Of a stretch of DNA of 64,000 nucleotides, positions 29,119 to 40,436 are shown piece by piece; the stretch's first letter is position 1; the number at the start of each line of letters is the position of its first letter. Both the position numbers and the translations under genes were made by a program. A model generated the notes under the pieces. It was not told the origin of the DNA. It searched no databases and saw only the letters and a program-made list of their open reading frames with translations. The DNA is from an uncultured delta proteobacterium (lineage in GTDB: Bacteria; Desulfobacterota; Desulfomonilia; UBA1062), in the NCBI GenBank assembly GCA_963798485.1, contig CAWCTR010000024.1, forward strand, positions 50,847 through 114,846, given 5' to 3'.

Positions 29119-30993
29119 ATGAAAGCAAGACCTCCGGAAACAGCGGATCAGAGAATCCTCGAAGGATTCAAAGAAAAGATCGTCACCCCTGAAGAGGCGC
29201 TCTCCCTTGTGAAGCCGGGGGACAAGGTGTTTGTAGGAACAGCGTGCGCCACCCCACAGACCCTGATAATGGCCCTGGAAAGGCTCAACAAGGAACTTGC
29301 CGATGTCCAGCTTTTCCATTTCATTACAAACGGGGCCATACCCCGCAAAGACGGGGTGCCATGCACTCGGTTCCGCCACAAGTCGTTCTTTGTGGATACC
29401 GACAACCGTGAAATCGTGAACAAGGGGAATGCCGATTATGTTCCCATCTCCCTTCCCCAGGCCTGCGCCCTGATAGGCAACGGCCGGGTCACCCCTGATA
29501 TCGCCCTCATCCAGACAACCCTGCCGGATGAGTACGGGCATGTCAGTCTGGGGGTATCGGTGGACATCACCCACACCGCTGTGGAAAAGGCCAAGGTTGT
29601 CATAGCGGAGATAAACCCCAACATGCCGTGGACCATCGGGGATACATATATCCCGGTTGACCGTATCGACCGCATGGTAGTGGTGGATACACCGGTAACC
29701 GAATATGTCCACCCCCATGTCGTGGATGCCATCTCGCAAAAGATCGCCCGGTATGTGGCCCGTATCATCGAAGACGGGTCCACCCTTCAGATCGGCCTGG
29801 GCCGAATCCCCAACGAGATGCTCAAGTATCTTACCAACAGAAAAAACCTGGGCATTCACTCCGATGTCATCACGGAGCCGGTTATCGATCTCATAGAAAA
29901 AGGCGTCATCACCGGGAATGCAAAGACCATCCACCGGGGACAGGTGGTGGCCAGCTATTGCCTCGGGACCCGCCGCCTCTATGATTTTATTGATAGGAAC
30001 CCCATGTTTTCCTTCCATCCCATCGAGTATATCTGCGATCCGATGATCATGGCAAAAAACACCAAGCTGGTTTCCGTCACCCAGGCCTTTGCAATGGACC
30101 TCACGGGCCAGGTGTGCGCCGATCAGTTTGAAGGCGAGTTCTACAGCGGCGTGTCTACCCAGCCCGAATTCTTAAGGGGCGCCGCCAGCACACCGGGAGG
30201 GAAGCCCATCATTTGCCTTTCATCCACGACGGAAGACTGCGGCACCTCGCGCATACGGCCCCTGCTGCTTGAAGGAGAAGGGGTGACCATCGCGCGTTCG
30301 GAGATCCATTATGTAGTAACCGAGTATGGAATAGCCTATCTTTTCGGCAAATCCATCAGCGAGCGGGCATTGTCCCTTATCGAGATTGCGCACCCGTCAT
30401 TCAGGCCATGGCTCCTGGAGGAGGCGAAGCGCCTTGGATATGTGCGCAAGGACCAGCAACTGAAAAGCCGTGTAGCCTACCCGTGCGATGATGAGTGTGA
30501 GGTCGTGCTGAAAAACGGCATGAAGATCTTTATCAGGCCTTCGCGGGCCAGCGATGAACGGGGTCTGCAGGACCTGTTCTATCACCTGAGCCCCAAGGAT
30601 GTTTACACACGGTTTTTCACCGGGCTGAACTCGCTGTCCGTTTCAAAGGCGCAGCACCTGTGCAATGTGGACTATGACCACGAAATGGCCTTTGTGGCCG
30701 TGACCGGCGAGAAGGAAGAGTGCGAGTGCATCATCGGCAGCTCCTGCTATTTCGTAGACGAGGCGACCAAGCTTGCCGACGTGGCCTATATGATACACCC
30801 GCAGTGGCAGAGCGTGGGCCTGGGAAGCCGGCTTCAGCAGAAAATGATCGACTATGCGCAGGCCCGGGGGATACGCGGGTTTACCGCAGACATCCTGGCT
30901 GAGAACGATAAAATGATCAAGCTCACCCAGAAGCGCTCGAACATAAATATGACCCCGAGCTACGGCACCTATGAGGTTACCGTGATATTCTGA
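29119..30993 (+). CDS. Acetyl-CoA hydrolase/CoA-transferase fused to a C-terminal GNAT domain
   Basis: DGSTLQIGLG.IP, GIHSD, YVVTEYG, IAHP.FR; C-terminal Q..GLG..L and FTADIL.EN..M. Confidence 0.88.
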   Translation: MKARPPETADQRILEGFKEKIVTPEEALSLVKPGDKVFVGTACATPQTLIMALERLNKELADVQLFHFITNGAIPRKDGVPCTRFRHKSFFVDTDNREIVNKGNADYVPISLPQACALIGNGRVTPDIALIQTTLPDEYGHVSLGVSVDITHTAVEKAKVVIAEINPNMPWTIGDTYIPVDRIDRMVVVDTPVTEYVHPHVVDAISQKIARYVARIIEDGSTLQIGLGRIPNEMLKYLTNRKNLGIHSDVITEPVIDLIEKGVITGNAKTIHRGQVVASYCLGTRRLYDFIDRNPMFSFHPIEYICDPMIMAKNTKLVSVTQAFAMDLTGQVCADQFEGEFYSGVSTQPEFLRGAASTPGGKPIICLSSTTEDCGTSRIRPLLLEGEGVTIARSEIHYVVTEYGIAYLFGKSISERALSLIEIAHPSFRPWLLEEAKRLGYVRKDQQLKSRVAYPCDDECEVVLKNGMKIFIRPSRASDERGLQDLFYHLSPKDVYTRFFTGLNSLSVSKAQHLCNVDYDHEMAFVAVTGEKEECECIIGSSCYFVDEATKLADVAYMIHPQWQSVGLGSRLQQKMIDYAQARGIRGFTADILAENDKMIKLTQKRSNINMTPSYGTYEVTVIF

Positions 30994-31060
30994 TGAGCAG
31001 GGCACGGCGGTATTTTCTTTTCCCCTTTGCTATAGGGGGGAACCATTGTTTGGAGGTGTA

Positions 31061-31660
31061 TTGAAACGATTACGCGAACTGCTGCTTATGGATGATCATG
31101 TGTGCCCGTGGTGGCTCGCCTATACCTTTGACAACCCCATCAGACGCATCCTCCACCCACCCGGGAAGGTCCTGGGAGGCCTTGTCCGCCAAGGCTGTAC
31201 AGCACTCGACATCGGGTGCGGCATGGGCCACTTCACTATAGGCATGGCCAAAATGGTGGGGGATCATGGCCGGGTCATCGCCGTAGATATCCAGGGGCAG
31301 ATGCTGGAGAGGGTTAAGAGGCGCGCCGGGCATCAGGGGCTGATAGAGCGGCTCATCCTGCACAAGGGCGAGGTGGAAGGCCTTGAGATGAAGGGCCAGG
31401 TGGACTTTGCCCTGGCGTTCTGGATGGTCCATGAGGTGCCTGACCAGTCGGCATTCTTCAAGGCCGTAAAAGACCTGCTCAAACCTGACGGGCGTTTCCT
31501 AATAGCTGAGCCGAAGATACACACGAGTGAAGCGGACATGGAGAGGTCATTGAAGATCGCATCCCAGGCAGGGCTTAATGTCTACGCCAACCCGGGTATC
31601 TCGTTGAGCAGGACCGCATTGCTCATCCATCAGGGGGGAATAATGCGGCAGGGGGAATGA
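31061..31660 (+). CDS. Class I SAM-dependent methyltransferase
   Basis: HVCPWW, LDIGCGMG, AVDIQ..ML, MVHEVPD; TTG start after GGAGG. Confidence 0.85.
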   Translation: MKRLRELLLMDDHVCPWWLAYTFDNPIRRILHPPGKVLGGLVRQGCTALDIGCGMGHFTIGMAKMVGDHGRVIAVDIQGQMLERVKRRAGHQGLIERLILHKGEVEGLEMKGQVDFALAFWMVHEVPDQSAFFKAVKDLLKPDGRFLIAEPKIHTSEADMERSLKIASQAGLNVYANPGISLSRTALLIHQGGIMRQGE

Positions 31661-31661
31661 G

Positions 31662-31781
31662 ATGGCAGGAGAAAAGGTAACACGCCGGCAGAAGGACATC
31701 TCCAGGCTCATCAAGGAACGCAGCAAGATCACCAAGGACAAGATCAGGCGGGACAAGGGAAAAGAGAAACCCGGGAAATAA
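31662..31781 (+). CDS. Putative 39-aa Lys/Arg-rich small protein
   Basis: ATG 1 nt after the methyltransferase stop; MAGEKVTRRQKDISRLIKERSKITKDKIRRDKGKEKPGK* fills the gap to aqpZ. Confidence 0.45.
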   Translation: MAGEKVTRRQKDISRLIKERSKITKDKIRRDKGKEKPGK

Positions 31782-31803
31782 CCCTTAAGAAGGAGGGGTA
31801 TCT

Positions 31804-32496
31804 ATGGTCAATAAACTCGGCGCTGAATTCTTCGGTACCTTCTGGCTGGTCCTTGGCGGGTGCGGAAGCGCAGTCCTGGCAGCGGCCTTCCCCCATGTGG
31901 GCATCGGCCTGCTCGGTGTTGCACTGGCCTTCGGCTTGACGGTCCTGACCATGGCCTTTGCCATCGGCCACATCTCCGGGGCCCACCTGAATCCTGCGGT
32001 CACATGCGGGCTTGTCGCAGGAGGCCGGTTCCCGGCCAAAGACCTTGTGCCCTACATCATCGCCCAGGTGCTCGGGGCCACCATAGGGGCAGGGGTGTTG
32101 TATATCATTGCAAGCGGTGCTGCAGGCTTCGATGTTTCGTCCGGCTTTGCAAGCAACGGCTATGGCGAGCATTCGCCCGGCGGGTACTCGCTAGCTTCGT
32201 CCCTGGTCTGCGAGATCGTCATGACCTTCATGTTCCTGTTTGTCATCATGGGCGCAACCGATAAACGCGCGCCAAAAGGGTTCGCACCCATTGCCATCGG
32301 GCTGTGTTTAACGCTCATCCACCTCATCAGCATCCCTGTCACCAACACCTCGGTGAACCCGGCCAGGAGCACGGGCGTTGCACTGTTTGCCGGCGGATGG
32401 GCCATCCAGCAGCTCTGGCTCTTCTGGGCGGCGCCAATCATCGGGGGGGTTCTCGGAGGTATCGTCTACCGTATAGTGGGGAGCTCGAAGGAATAA
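31804..32496 (+). CDS. aqpZ: Aquaporin Z
   Basis: [17 protein letters not shown], two NPA motifs, [11 protein letters not shown]. Confidence 0.96.
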   Translation: MVNKLGAEFFGTFWLVLGGCGSAVLAAAFPHVGIGLLGVALAFGLTVLTMAFAIGHISGAHLNPAVTCGLVAGGRFPAKDLVPYIIAQVLGATIGAGVLYIIASGAAGFDVSSGFASNGYGEHSPGGYSLASSLVCEIVMTFMFLFVIMGATDKRAPKGFAPIAIGLCLTLIHLISIPVTNTSVNPARSTGVALFAGGWAIQQLWLFWAAPIIGGVLGGIVYRIVGSSKE

Positions 32497-32575
32497 TATA
32501 ATAAAAAAACGGCATGTGGGGTAAACCCGGGCAATCAGCTCAAGAGTGCCGGTTATCTGGCCTCTCGCCTGGGGG

Positions 32576-33634
32576 TTAGATGGCTGCGGTAAGTTTGAAT
32601 TCAGGCTCTAAATCCGTCTCGCACGTCACACGGCACCTGCCGTCTTGTTTTGATTTATAGAGCGCCTTGTCAGCCCTTTGGATAATGCTTTCCATGAATT
32701 CACCTGTCCTATACCGGGCAACGCCGAAAGACAGGTAGACCGGGCCGATGAACTGGTTTGTATCTTTCCGCTTCCAATTCAGATTCTTGAAATAGTTACA
32801 AATCTTTTCCGCTAAAATAACAGCGCCTTTCAGAGGTGTATCCGGAAGCAAGATCACAAACTCCTCGCCGCCATAACGGACAACAAGGTCTTTGCCTTTT
32901 ACACACTCTTTTAATACTTCAGCGGTAATCCTGAGCACCTTGTCACCGACAAGGTGTCCATAGGTATCATTGATGTTTTTGAAATGATCAATGTCGGCAA
33001 ATATGATGCAGAGTTCACCATCTGTATCATCAGCCTGTTTGGCCTCTTCGTGAAAGGCTGCAGCCAGGTATCTGCGGTTTTTAATACCGGTCAGAAGATC
33101 TGTTGTGGCTTGTTCCTTTATCTGCTCAAGATCCTTGTTCAGCAATTCCACTTCATTGGTAGTGGCCTGCAGCCGTTCTTTAATCTGTTGCCCCGATTGT
33201 ACGATTGCCCTCGTCTCCGAAAGGATCCCCTCGACCACCTTGGAAACGGCCTCAACATCGAGATCTTCTTTGAGGTCTTGAGAATACCTCTCAATTACCT
33301 CCCCAAAGCTTTTAACCTGCCCGCCGGCATCAGAGATATGCACCAGGATCCTTTCAAGGATCGCCCTGAGTTCGCCACGTATTTTATCAACGATCAGCTT
33401 CCGGTCTATGGCGATATACTTTTCATAGAGGCTGATATTCTGTTCCGGCGTAACACATTGGGACCTGGCCAGTACATCATCAATGACGACCCTTAATTTC
33501 TCGTTCTTGCCTGAGACATATTCATACCACACAGAGTAATTCGCCGGGTCAAAAGGGATCTGAAACCGGCCCATGTGTGATAATGCCAGACGAAGATACT
33601 CACTGGATTGTTCTATTGAATCTTCATACTGCAT
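32576..33634 (-). CDS. Diguanylate cyclase (GGDEF family, GGEEF variant)
   Basis: D.LTG..NRR, DIDHFK.INDTYGH..GD, RYGGEEF; N-terminal P.NY.VWYEYV helical domain. Confidence 0.92.
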   Translation of the reverse strand: MQYEDSIEQSSEYLRLALSHMGRFQIPFDPANYSVWYEYVSGKNEKLRVVIDDVLARSQCVTPEQNISLYEKYIAIDRKLIVDKIRGELRAILERILVHISDAGGQVKSFGEVIERYSQDLKEDLDVEAVSKVVEGILSETRAIVQSGQQIKERLQATTNEVELLNKDLEQIKEQATTDLLTGIKNRRYLAAAFHEEAKQADDTDGELCIIFADIDHFKNINDTYGHLVGDKVLRITAEVLKECVKGKDLVVRYGGEEFVILLPDTPLKGAVILAEKICNYFKNLNWKRKDTNQFIGPVYLSFGVARYRTGEFMESIIQRADKALYKSKQDGRCRVTCETDLEPEFKLTAAI

Positions 33635-33957
33635 ATCTGCCTCCGAATATCAAAATTCCATTATACTTTGATCCCTATCGACATATGAATCACTCCTCTT
33701 TAATATTTTGAGCTATTATCAATAAAAACCACCTGATTCACTGTCAAACATTTTACATGTCTCATTGATGCTGCCTGTCAGATTCGTCATACCCCTATTC
33801 TGCAGGCAATCCCCTTTCCGGTAAAAGGGCATTGAAATTCCAACGCACAGGCAATGAGCCTCATGGGTTTTCCCTCTTTATTGCCTTTCCCGTAGCGGGG
33901 ATCACCCATGACAGGGTGTCCTATTGAAGCAAGATGCCGGCGTGGCAATCTCGTTTT

Positions 33958-35754
33958 TCACGCCCCTATCATAAGGGCCTTGATCTCATCATGGTCGATC
34001 TTTTCCTTGTCGAGGAGCAATTGCGCGCCTTTGGCCAGGGTGTCTCTCCTGGCTTTAAGGATGTCCAGGGCGACCTTGTACTGAGAGGAGATGATCCGCT
34101 GGATCTCGCCATCTATGGCCTGGGCCGTGGTATCGCTGTAGTCCCCGCGATTTTCCATGCCTATGTCCATGAACTGCGAGCGTCTGTCATGGGCCAGGTA
34201 GACCTGGCCGAGCGAATCGCTCATGCCGTATTCCTTGACCATGCTCTTGGCGATATCCGTGGCCCGGGACAGGTCGTTGTGGGCCCCTGTGGATATATCG
34301 CCGAAGATGATCTCTTCGGCCGCCCTGCCGCCGAGCAGTGATGCGATCTTGTTCAAGAGTTCCGTCTTGCTCATGAGGAACCGGTCTTCGGTGGGCACTT
34401 GCATGGTGTAACCGAGCGCCGCGATGCCCCGGGGGATGATGGAGATCTTCTGCACCGGATCGGTGCCGGGCAGGCTCATGGCGACTATTGCGTGGCCCAT
34501 TTCATGGTGCGCCACCACGTCCCTCTCATGCGGATTGATGACCCGGTTCTTCTTCTCGAGCCCGCCGATGATACGTTCCACCGCCTCCTGGAATTCACTC
34601 ATGCCCACGAGCTTCTTATTCCGCCTGACCGCGAGCAGTGCCGCCTCATTAGCGAGGTTTGCCAGGTCGGCGCCCACCATACCGGGTGTCATGGCTGCAA
34701 GCTTTTCGATATCCACATCGGGTTCGGTTTTGACCGTGCGCAGGTGAACCTTGAGGATGTCCTCCCTCCCCTTCTTATCAGGACGATCCACCAGGATATG
34801 GCGGTCGAACCTTCCCGGCCTGAGCAAGGCCGGGTCCAATATCTCGGGCCGGTTGGTGGCTGCCATGAGGATGACCCCCACCTTTGAGTCGAAACCGTCC
34901 ATCTCCACCAGGAGCTGGTTGAGGGTCTGCTCGCGTTCGTCATGACCTCCGGTCATGCCGCCCAAACCCCGCGCCTTGCCCAGGGCATCGAGCTCGTCGA
35001 TGAAAATGATGCAGGGGGCCTTCTCCTTGGCCTGCACGAAGAGGTCCCTCACCCGGGCGGCCCCGAGGCCCACGAACATCTCTACAAAATCGGACCCGCT
35101 CATGCTGAAAAACGGCACACCGCTCTCACCGGCCACGGCCTTTGCCAGCAGGGTCTTGCCGGTGCCCGGGGGCCCCACCAGCAGGATGCCCTTGGGGACC
35201 TTGCCCCCAAGCTCTCCGAACTTCGCAGGGTTCTTGAGAAAGTCGATCACCTCCACGAGCTCCTGCTCCGCCTCATCCACCCCGGCCACATCGGTGAATC
35301 TCACGCTGAGCTCGTTTTCCATATAGATCTTGGCCTTGTTCTTGCCCAGCGACATGAAGCCGGGCTGCTGGCCCCCCATGCGTTTCATGAAGAGGTACCA
35401 GATCCCGATGAACAGAAATACAGGCAGTACCCAGGAGATGATATCGCGCAGAAAGGTGGACTCGATCTCACCCTTGAATGTGACGTTGTACTGCTCAAGT
35501 GTCTTCGAGAGCTCCGGGTCCACCCGCACGGTTTTGAAATCTTCGGTCTTTCCTTCAGAGCCCTTCATCTTCCCCTGGATCTTGTCCAGAGAAACGGCGA
35601 TCTCCGTGACCTTGCCTGTCTTGAGCAGCGTCATGAACTGGCTGTAGGGGATGGTCTTCACGGCAAACATCGATGCTATGTAACTCTGGACGATGAGAAC
35701 CACCCACACCCCTATTAGAATATAAAAAACGGAAAACTTATGCTGTTTCTCCAA
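33958..35754 (-). CDS. ftsH: ATP-dependent zinc metalloprotease FtsH
   Basis: Two TM segments, [29 protein letters not shown]; TTG start after AGGAGAG. Confidence 0.96.
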   Translation of the reverse strand: MEKQHKFSVFYILIGVWVVLIVQSYIASMFAVKTIPYSQFMTLLKTGKVTEIAVSLDKIQGKMKGSEGKTEDFKTVRVDPELSKTLEQYNVTFKGEIESTFLRDIISWVLPVFLFIGIWYLFMKRMGGQQPGFMSLGKNKAKIYMENELSVRFTDVAGVDEAEQELVEVIDFLKNPAKFGELGGKVPKGILLVGPPGTGKTLLAKAVAGESGVPFFSMSGSDFVEMFVGLGAARVRDLFVQAKEKAPCIIFIDELDALGKARGLGGMTGGHDEREQTLNQLLVEMDGFDSKVGVILMAATNRPEILDPALLRPGRFDRHILVDRPDKKGREDILKVHLRTVKTEPDVDIEKLAAMTPGMVGADLANLANEAALLAVRRNKKLVGMSEFQEAVERIIGGLEKKNRVINPHERDVVAHHEMGHAIVAMSLPGTDPVQKISIIPRGIAALGYTMQVPTEDRFLMSKTELLNKIASLLGGRAAEEIIFGDISTGAHNDLSRATDIAKSMVKEYGMSDSLGQVYLAHDRRSQFMDIGMENRGDYSDTTAQAIDGEIQRIISSQYKVALDILKARRDTLAKGAQLLLDKEKIDHDEIKALMIGA

Positions 35755-35889
35755 GTAGTGTTCTCTCCTTCATGTATGGCTTATGGTGAAGTGAATATTA
35801 CTTTACTATAGTTAAGGGTTAAAATCCATGCGTGAACCGCTCTTCACCATGGAACCATCTAATAACTAACGATTCAGGAGGAATAAAAG

Positions 35890-36963
35890 ATGATCAGAAA
35901 AATCATGAAAGGATTGATAGCCATGCTGATTCTTCTGCCATTGTCCACCGGGTTCTCGGCTGACACAAAATATGAACTGGCCACCTTTGCAGGGGGGTGC
36001 TTCTGGTGCATGGTGCATCCCTTTGATAAGCTCCCCGGGGTGAGCGGGGTTCTCTCGGGATACACCGGGGGACATACCGTCAATCCCACCTATGAGGAAA
36101 ACTCATCCGGGACTACCGGACACGCAGAGGCCATCCAGGTGACCTATGATCCTGCGAAGATCTCGTATGCGGACCTGCTCGAGGTGTTCTGGCGGCAGAT
36201 AGACCCCACCGACGCGGGTGGGCAGTTCGTGGACAGGGGCAACCAGTACCGGAGCGCCATCTTCTACCACAACGATGAGCAGAAGCGGCTCGCAGAGGAA
36301 TCCAGGGACCGGCTCGCAAAATCCCACAGGTTTTCAAAACCCATCGTCACCGAGATAGTGAAGGCCGGTACGTTCTACAAGGCAGAGGAATACCACCAGT
36401 ATTACTATAAGAAGAACCCTGTCCGGTATAGGTACTACCGGTTCAACTCAGGCCGTGACAAGTTCCTTGACAAGGCCTGGGGCAAAGACAGGGACTATGT
36501 GCCGGGAAAGACCGGGGCAGGTTCGTACACCAAGCCGAGTGCAGAGGTCTTGAAAAAGAAGCTCACGCCCATGCAGTTCAAGGTAACCCAGAAAGAGGGA
36601 ACGGAACCGGCCTTTGATAATATTTACTGGAATAACAAACACGAAGGCATCTATGTGGACATCGTCTCGGGCGAGCCCCTTTTCAGCTCCAGGGATAAGT
36701 ATGACTCCGGCACCGGGTGGCCGAGCTTCACCCGGCCCTTGGAACCGGATAATATCGTGGAGAAACAGGACAGGAGCCTGTTCACGTCAAGGACAGAGGT
36801 GAGGAGCAAGCATGCCGATTCTCATCTCGGCCACGTATTCGATGACGGCCCACCCCCTACGGGGCTGCGCTTTTGCATGAACTCGGCCGCCTTGCGGTTC
36901 ATCCCGAAGGAGGACCTGCAAAAGGAGGGCTACGGACAATACCTTAAACTTTTTGATAAATAA
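35890..36963 (+). CDS. msrAB: Bifunctional peptide-methionine sulfoxide reductase MsrA/MsrB with signal peptide
   Basis: [15 protein letters not shown]; [27 protein letters not shown]. Confidence 0.95.
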   Translation: MIRKIMKGLIAMLILLPLSTGFSADTKYELATFAGGCFWCMVHPFDKLPGVSGVLSGYTGGHTVNPTYEENSSGTTGHAEAIQVTYDPAKISYADLLEVFWRQIDPTDAGGQFVDRGNQYRSAIFYHNDEQKRLAEESRDRLAKSHRFSKPIVTEIVKAGTFYKAEEYHQYYYKKNPVRYRYYRFNSGRDKFLDKAWGKDRDYVPGKTGAGSYTKPSAEVLKKKLTPMQFKVTQKEGTEPAFDNIYWNNKHEGIYVDIVSGEPLFSSRDKYDSGTGWPSFTRPLEPDNIVEKQDRSLFTSRTEVRSKHADSHLGHVFDDGPPPTGLRFCMNSAALRFIPKEDLQKEGYGQYLKLFDK

Positions 36964-37030
36964 AAATAGATTCTTCTCTGTGAAGCATACTTTTCAGGAG
37001 GTTCTAGAGGCATGTGGAAGTAATTTTTTT

Positions 37031-37141
37031 CACCACGAAGGACACGAAGAGTACGAAGAAGATCTAAGGGATGCAGAACAAACGCTTGTGGATCTTTTGA
37101 ACCGATCCTATTTCAAAAGGGTTCCTTTCTTCGTGTCCTTC
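37031..37141. repeat. CACGAAG-type inverted repeat element
   Basis: CACCACGAAGGACACGAAGAGTACGAAG ... TCTTCGTGTCCTTC (14-bp perfect inverted pair 37037-37050 / 37128-37141). Confidence 0.65.
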
Positions 37142-37246
37142 TTATAACTTATTACTATCCATCGTTTTCTTGTCTTTTGTGCATCATTTTCATCCAGCCA
37201 GTATGTTGATTGTGGTGAATAAATGAACCCCAACAGAGCAAAAGGT

Positions 37247-37284
37247 CCCCTCTCCCTCGATGGGAGAGGGACAGGGTGAGGGTG
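37247..37284. repeat. CCCTCTCCC/GGGAGAGGG palindromic repeat unit
   Basis: CCCCTCTCCC-TCGAT-GGGAGAGGG-ACAGGGTGAGGGTG. Confidence 0.65.
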
Positions 37285-37380
37285 CATAGTTAGAATAAGG
37301 ACCTCGACGTCTGCATATCGGTCTCTCATTTGAGATGCTTTCCTCGGAATACTTCCCCCCCCCTGCAGATCCTAGAGCCA

Positions 37381-37485
37381 GTAGGTTGGGTTGAACTTGT
37401 GAAACCCAACAACAAGACTTAAGATAGAATCCATTCAAATATTCAGATCTTGATGTGTTGGGTTTCGTTCCTCAACCCAACCTAC
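37381..37485. repeat. Second GTAG-family REP doublet (REPIN-like)
   Basis: GTAGGTTGGGTTGAACTTGTGAAACCCAACA and an inverted copy TGTTGGGTTTCGTTCCTCAACCCAACCTAC. Confidence 0.8.
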
Positions 37486-37621
37486 TGGCTGGTCTCCTCC
37501 TTGGTTGGTTTTTTGTTATTGGCGCAGCAAAATATACCACCCATTCGAGGAGGCCTTACATAGTATCAATGGCATGCAGATGGACGCGGGCTGCCGCCCG
37601 CGCCGTTGATGCCAGGCGTTA

Positions 37622-38074
37622 TCACTTTCCCCTGAGAACCGCCTGGATCAGGCCATCGAGGTGCTGCAGGAAGCGGGAACGATCGCGCTTTCCAAAAGGG
37701 GCAGGCCCGCCGGTGTTGTTCCCCATGTCGCGGAGATAGGCTGACAGCTCTCTACTTGCAAGGGCATCACCGATAGTTTCCTTGGTGAGAACACGTCCCT
37801 TGGGGTCTATCACACGGCCGCCGTTCTTCAGGCACCGCGAGGCAAGGGGGATGTCGGCCGATACTGCGATATCGTTTTCATGGATATTCTCTGCAATCCA
37901 ATCGTCGGCGGCATCAAAGTGGTCCTTGACAACCACCATCTCGACGAAGACGTCTTTCGGAATCCTTATGCCGGTGTTGGAGACAAGCCAGACCTTGAAC
38001 CCGTAACGTTTGGCAACCCGGAATACCTCATCCTTCACCGGGCATGCGTCGGCATCGACATATATCTCCATCAA
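37622..38074 (-). CDS. YaiI/YqxD (DUF188) family protein
   Basis: [31 protein letters not shown]...DRSRF. Confidence 0.92.
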   Translation of the reverse strand: MMEIYVDADACPVKDEVFRVAKRYGFKVWLVSNTGIRIPKDVFVEMVVVKDHFDAADDWIAENIHENDIAVSADIPLASRCLKNGGRVIDPKGRVLTKETIGDALASRELSAYLRDMGNNTGGPAPFGKRDRSRFLQHLDGLIQAVLRGK

Positions 38075-38295
38075 GATGCGCCCTTTCGGCTGAGGTACAA
38101 ATCTTCAACCTTTTTCCTGGCCCAGGGTGTTTTTCTTAAGAATGTCAAACTGGACTTGATGCTGGGATTATTTTGAAAACACTTGACACTGATGATCCTT
38201 CCCATTTCATCCCATCCATAATGTTCGACCAGCTGGGTGAGAATGTTCTCCAGGGTTAGGCCGTGCAGGGGATTATTCGGTTGTTGGTCAGCCAT
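38071..38295 (-). CDS. VF530/DUF2132 family DNA-binding protein
   Basis: [36 protein letters not shown]; ATG 38295 preferred because the longer start lies inside a REP. Confidence 0.88.
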   Translation of the reverse strand: MADQQPNNPLHGLTLENILTQLVEHYGWDEMGRIISVKCFQNNPSIKSSLTFLRKTPWARKKVEDLYLSRKGAS

Positions 38296-38311
38296 GTCCT
38301 TCAATCCTGGA

Positions 38312-38344
38312 TGTTGGGTTTCGTTTTCACTCAACCCAACCTAC
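38312..38344 (-). repeat. Single GTAG REP of the 37381 family, just downstream of typA
   Basis: Minus strand GTAGGTTGGGTTGAGTGAAAACGAAACCCAACA. Confidence 0.75.
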
Positions 38345-38354
38345 ATCTACATCT

Positions 38355-40196
38355 CTAACCGGCGGCCTTCTTCTTTGCGACGCTCAAGCCGTGGCGCTTG
38401 CCTGCGGAGAGCTCGGTCTTGCGGAGTCTGACGGATTTGGGCGTCACCTCTACCATCTCGTCTTCCCTGATGAACTGCAGCGCCTTCTCCAGGGTCATGG
38501 GCGTTATGGGCGAGAGCATGATGTTGTCGTCGCGTCCTGCGGCCCTCATGTTGGTGAGCTTCTTCATCTTGCAGGGGTTCACGTCGATGTCGTTCTCACG
38601 GCTGTGCTCGCCCACGATCATGCCTTCGTAGATAGGGTCGCCCGGGACGACGAAGAGCCTGCCCCTGGGCTCCAGTCCGCTCAGGGCATACGGTATGGCC
38701 ACGCCTTTGCGGTCGGCCACGATTGCACCGGTGAAACGGCTCGGGAACTCGCCGCGGTGTTCTTCATAGCCCAGCAGGTATGAGCTCATGATGCCCGTGC
38801 CCTTGGTGTCGGTGAGGAACTCGTCACGGTATCCGATGAGGCCCCGCGATGGTATGTTGAACTCTATCCTCACCCGGCCGGCGCCGTGGCTTGCGTAGTT
38901 GATCATCCTGCCCTTGCGGGTGGAGAGCTTCTGGGTGACAATGCCGAGATACTCCTCGCCGCAGTCGATATAGAGGTGCTCGATGGGCTCCAGCACCTTG
39001 CCATCCTTGTATTCGTTGATCACCTCGGGCCTGCTGACGCACATCTCGAAGCCTTCGCGCCGCATGGTCTCGATCAAAATGGCAAGCTGGAACTCGCCCC
39101 TGCCCTTGATGATGAAGCCGTCCCTGTCCGGCGCAACTTCAAGCTGGATGGACACGTTGCGCAAGGTTTCCTTGATAAGGCGCTCGTGGATCCTGGTGGA
39201 CTGCACATAGGCACCTTCCGTGCCTGCAAGGGGTGAATTGTTGGCAACGATGCGCATGGACACGGTAGGCTCATCCACAATTATCCGTTTCAGTGCCTTG
39301 GGGGCCTCCTGGGTGCAGATGGTATCACCGATCTTCACATTCTCGATGCCTGCTAGCACCACGATATCTCCGGGTTGCGCAGTGGCGACATCACGGATGC
39401 TTATCCCCTCATAGCTCTGGAGCTTGGTCACCTTGAGCGGCTGGTGAGCGCCGGCGGCATTGATGCACAGGAGTGCATCGCTGGCGGACGTATGTCCATG
39501 GTGGATCTTGCCGATGGCAAGCCTGCCTACATAATCGGAATAGTCCAGGTCGGAGACCAGCATCTGGAAGGGCTCGGCAGGATCGTATGACGGTGCCGGG
39601 ATCTCAGCGAGGATGGTCTCGAAGAGACACTGCAGGTCTTTCCCCTCTTCGTCCAGCTCCCTCATGACAACCCCGTCACGGCCGATAGCGTAAAGGCAGG
39701 GAAAATCCGTCTGTTCATCATCGGCGCCGAGGTCGATGAAGAGGTCGTATATCTCGTTGAGCACTTGATGCGGCCTCGCATCTTTTCGGTCGATCTTGTT
39801 GATCACCACGACCACCTTAAGGCCGGCCTCCAAGGTCTTTTTCAAGACAAAACGCGTCTGCGGCAGCGGCCCTTCGGAGGCATCCACCAGAAGGATGGCG
39901 CCGTCCGCCATGGAGAGCGCCCGTTCCACCTCGCCCCCGAAGTCGGCATGTCCGGGGGTGTCGATGATGTTGATCTTCACCCCGTGCCAGATCACGGAAC
40001 AGTTCTTGGCGGCAATGGTGATGCCGCGCTCGCGTTCCAGATCCATATTGTCCATAATCCTGGCCTCAACCTCCTGGCCTTCGCGGAACACGCCGCTCTG
40101 GCGGAACATGGCGTCTACAAGGGTGGTCTTCCCATGGTCTACATGGGCAATAATGGCGACGTTTCTGATGCTCTCATTTTTTGCGGGCTGATTCAT
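38355..40196 (-). CDS. typA: Translational GTPase TypA/BipA
   Basis: [53 protein letters not shown]. Confidence 0.96.
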   Translation of the reverse strand: MNQPAKNESIRNVAIIAHVDHGKTTLVDAMFRQSGVFREGQEVEARIMDNMDLERERGITIAAKNCSVIWHGVKINIIDTPGHADFGGEVERALSMADGAILLVDASEGPLPQTRFVLKKTLEAGLKVVVVINKIDRKDARPHQVLNEIYDLFIDLGADDEQTDFPCLYAIGRDGVVMRELDEEGKDLQCLFETILAEIPAPSYDPAEPFQMLVSDLDYSDYVGRLAIGKIHHGHTSASDALLCINAAGAHQPLKVTKLQSYEGISIRDVATAQPGDIVVLAGIENVKIGDTICTQEAPKALKRIIVDEPTVSMRIVANNSPLAGTEGAYVQSTRIHERLIKETLRNVSIQLEVAPDRDGFIIKGRGEFQLAILIETMRREGFEMCVSRPEVINEYKDGKVLEPIEHLYIDCGEEYLGIVTQKLSTRKGRMINYASHGAGRVRIEFNIPSRGLIGYRDEFLTDTKGTGIMSSYLLGYEEHRGEFPSRFTGAIVADRKGVAIPYALSGLEPRGRLFVVPGDPIYEGMIVGEHSRENDIDVNPCKMKKLTNMRAAGRDDNIMLSPITPMTLEKALQFIREDEMVEVTPKSVRLRKTELSAGKRHGLSVAKKKAAG

Positions 40197-40436
40197 GGTG
40201 ATCCTTTCACTGCCTCAAAAGCGCGTATCCAACAGCGCTCAGCGCTCAGTGCCATATACCACGTCGACAGCCTTGGCAACAGAATTCTGCCGTAACCGGT
40301 CTCTGCGAACATCCTGTTAAGGACGAAATTCATTCTTAAATATTTTATCTCACCCGTCCATGAACCCTAATGCAATCTCGGAATGAAACGATAAGTAGAT
40401 ATGATACATGAGAAAAACAACAATGAGGTGCTATCG

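Noticed and set aside
33843-33905. c-di-GMP-I riboswitch (ACGCACAGGCAA ... GTAGCGGGG resemble its ends)
   Set aside because: The GAAA tetraloop stem and GGACGCAAAG core are missing, and it is on the opposite strand to the GGDEF gene.
37031-38344. CRISPR array
   Set aside because: The repeats are inverted, heterogeneous and irregularly spaced, and there are no cas genes.
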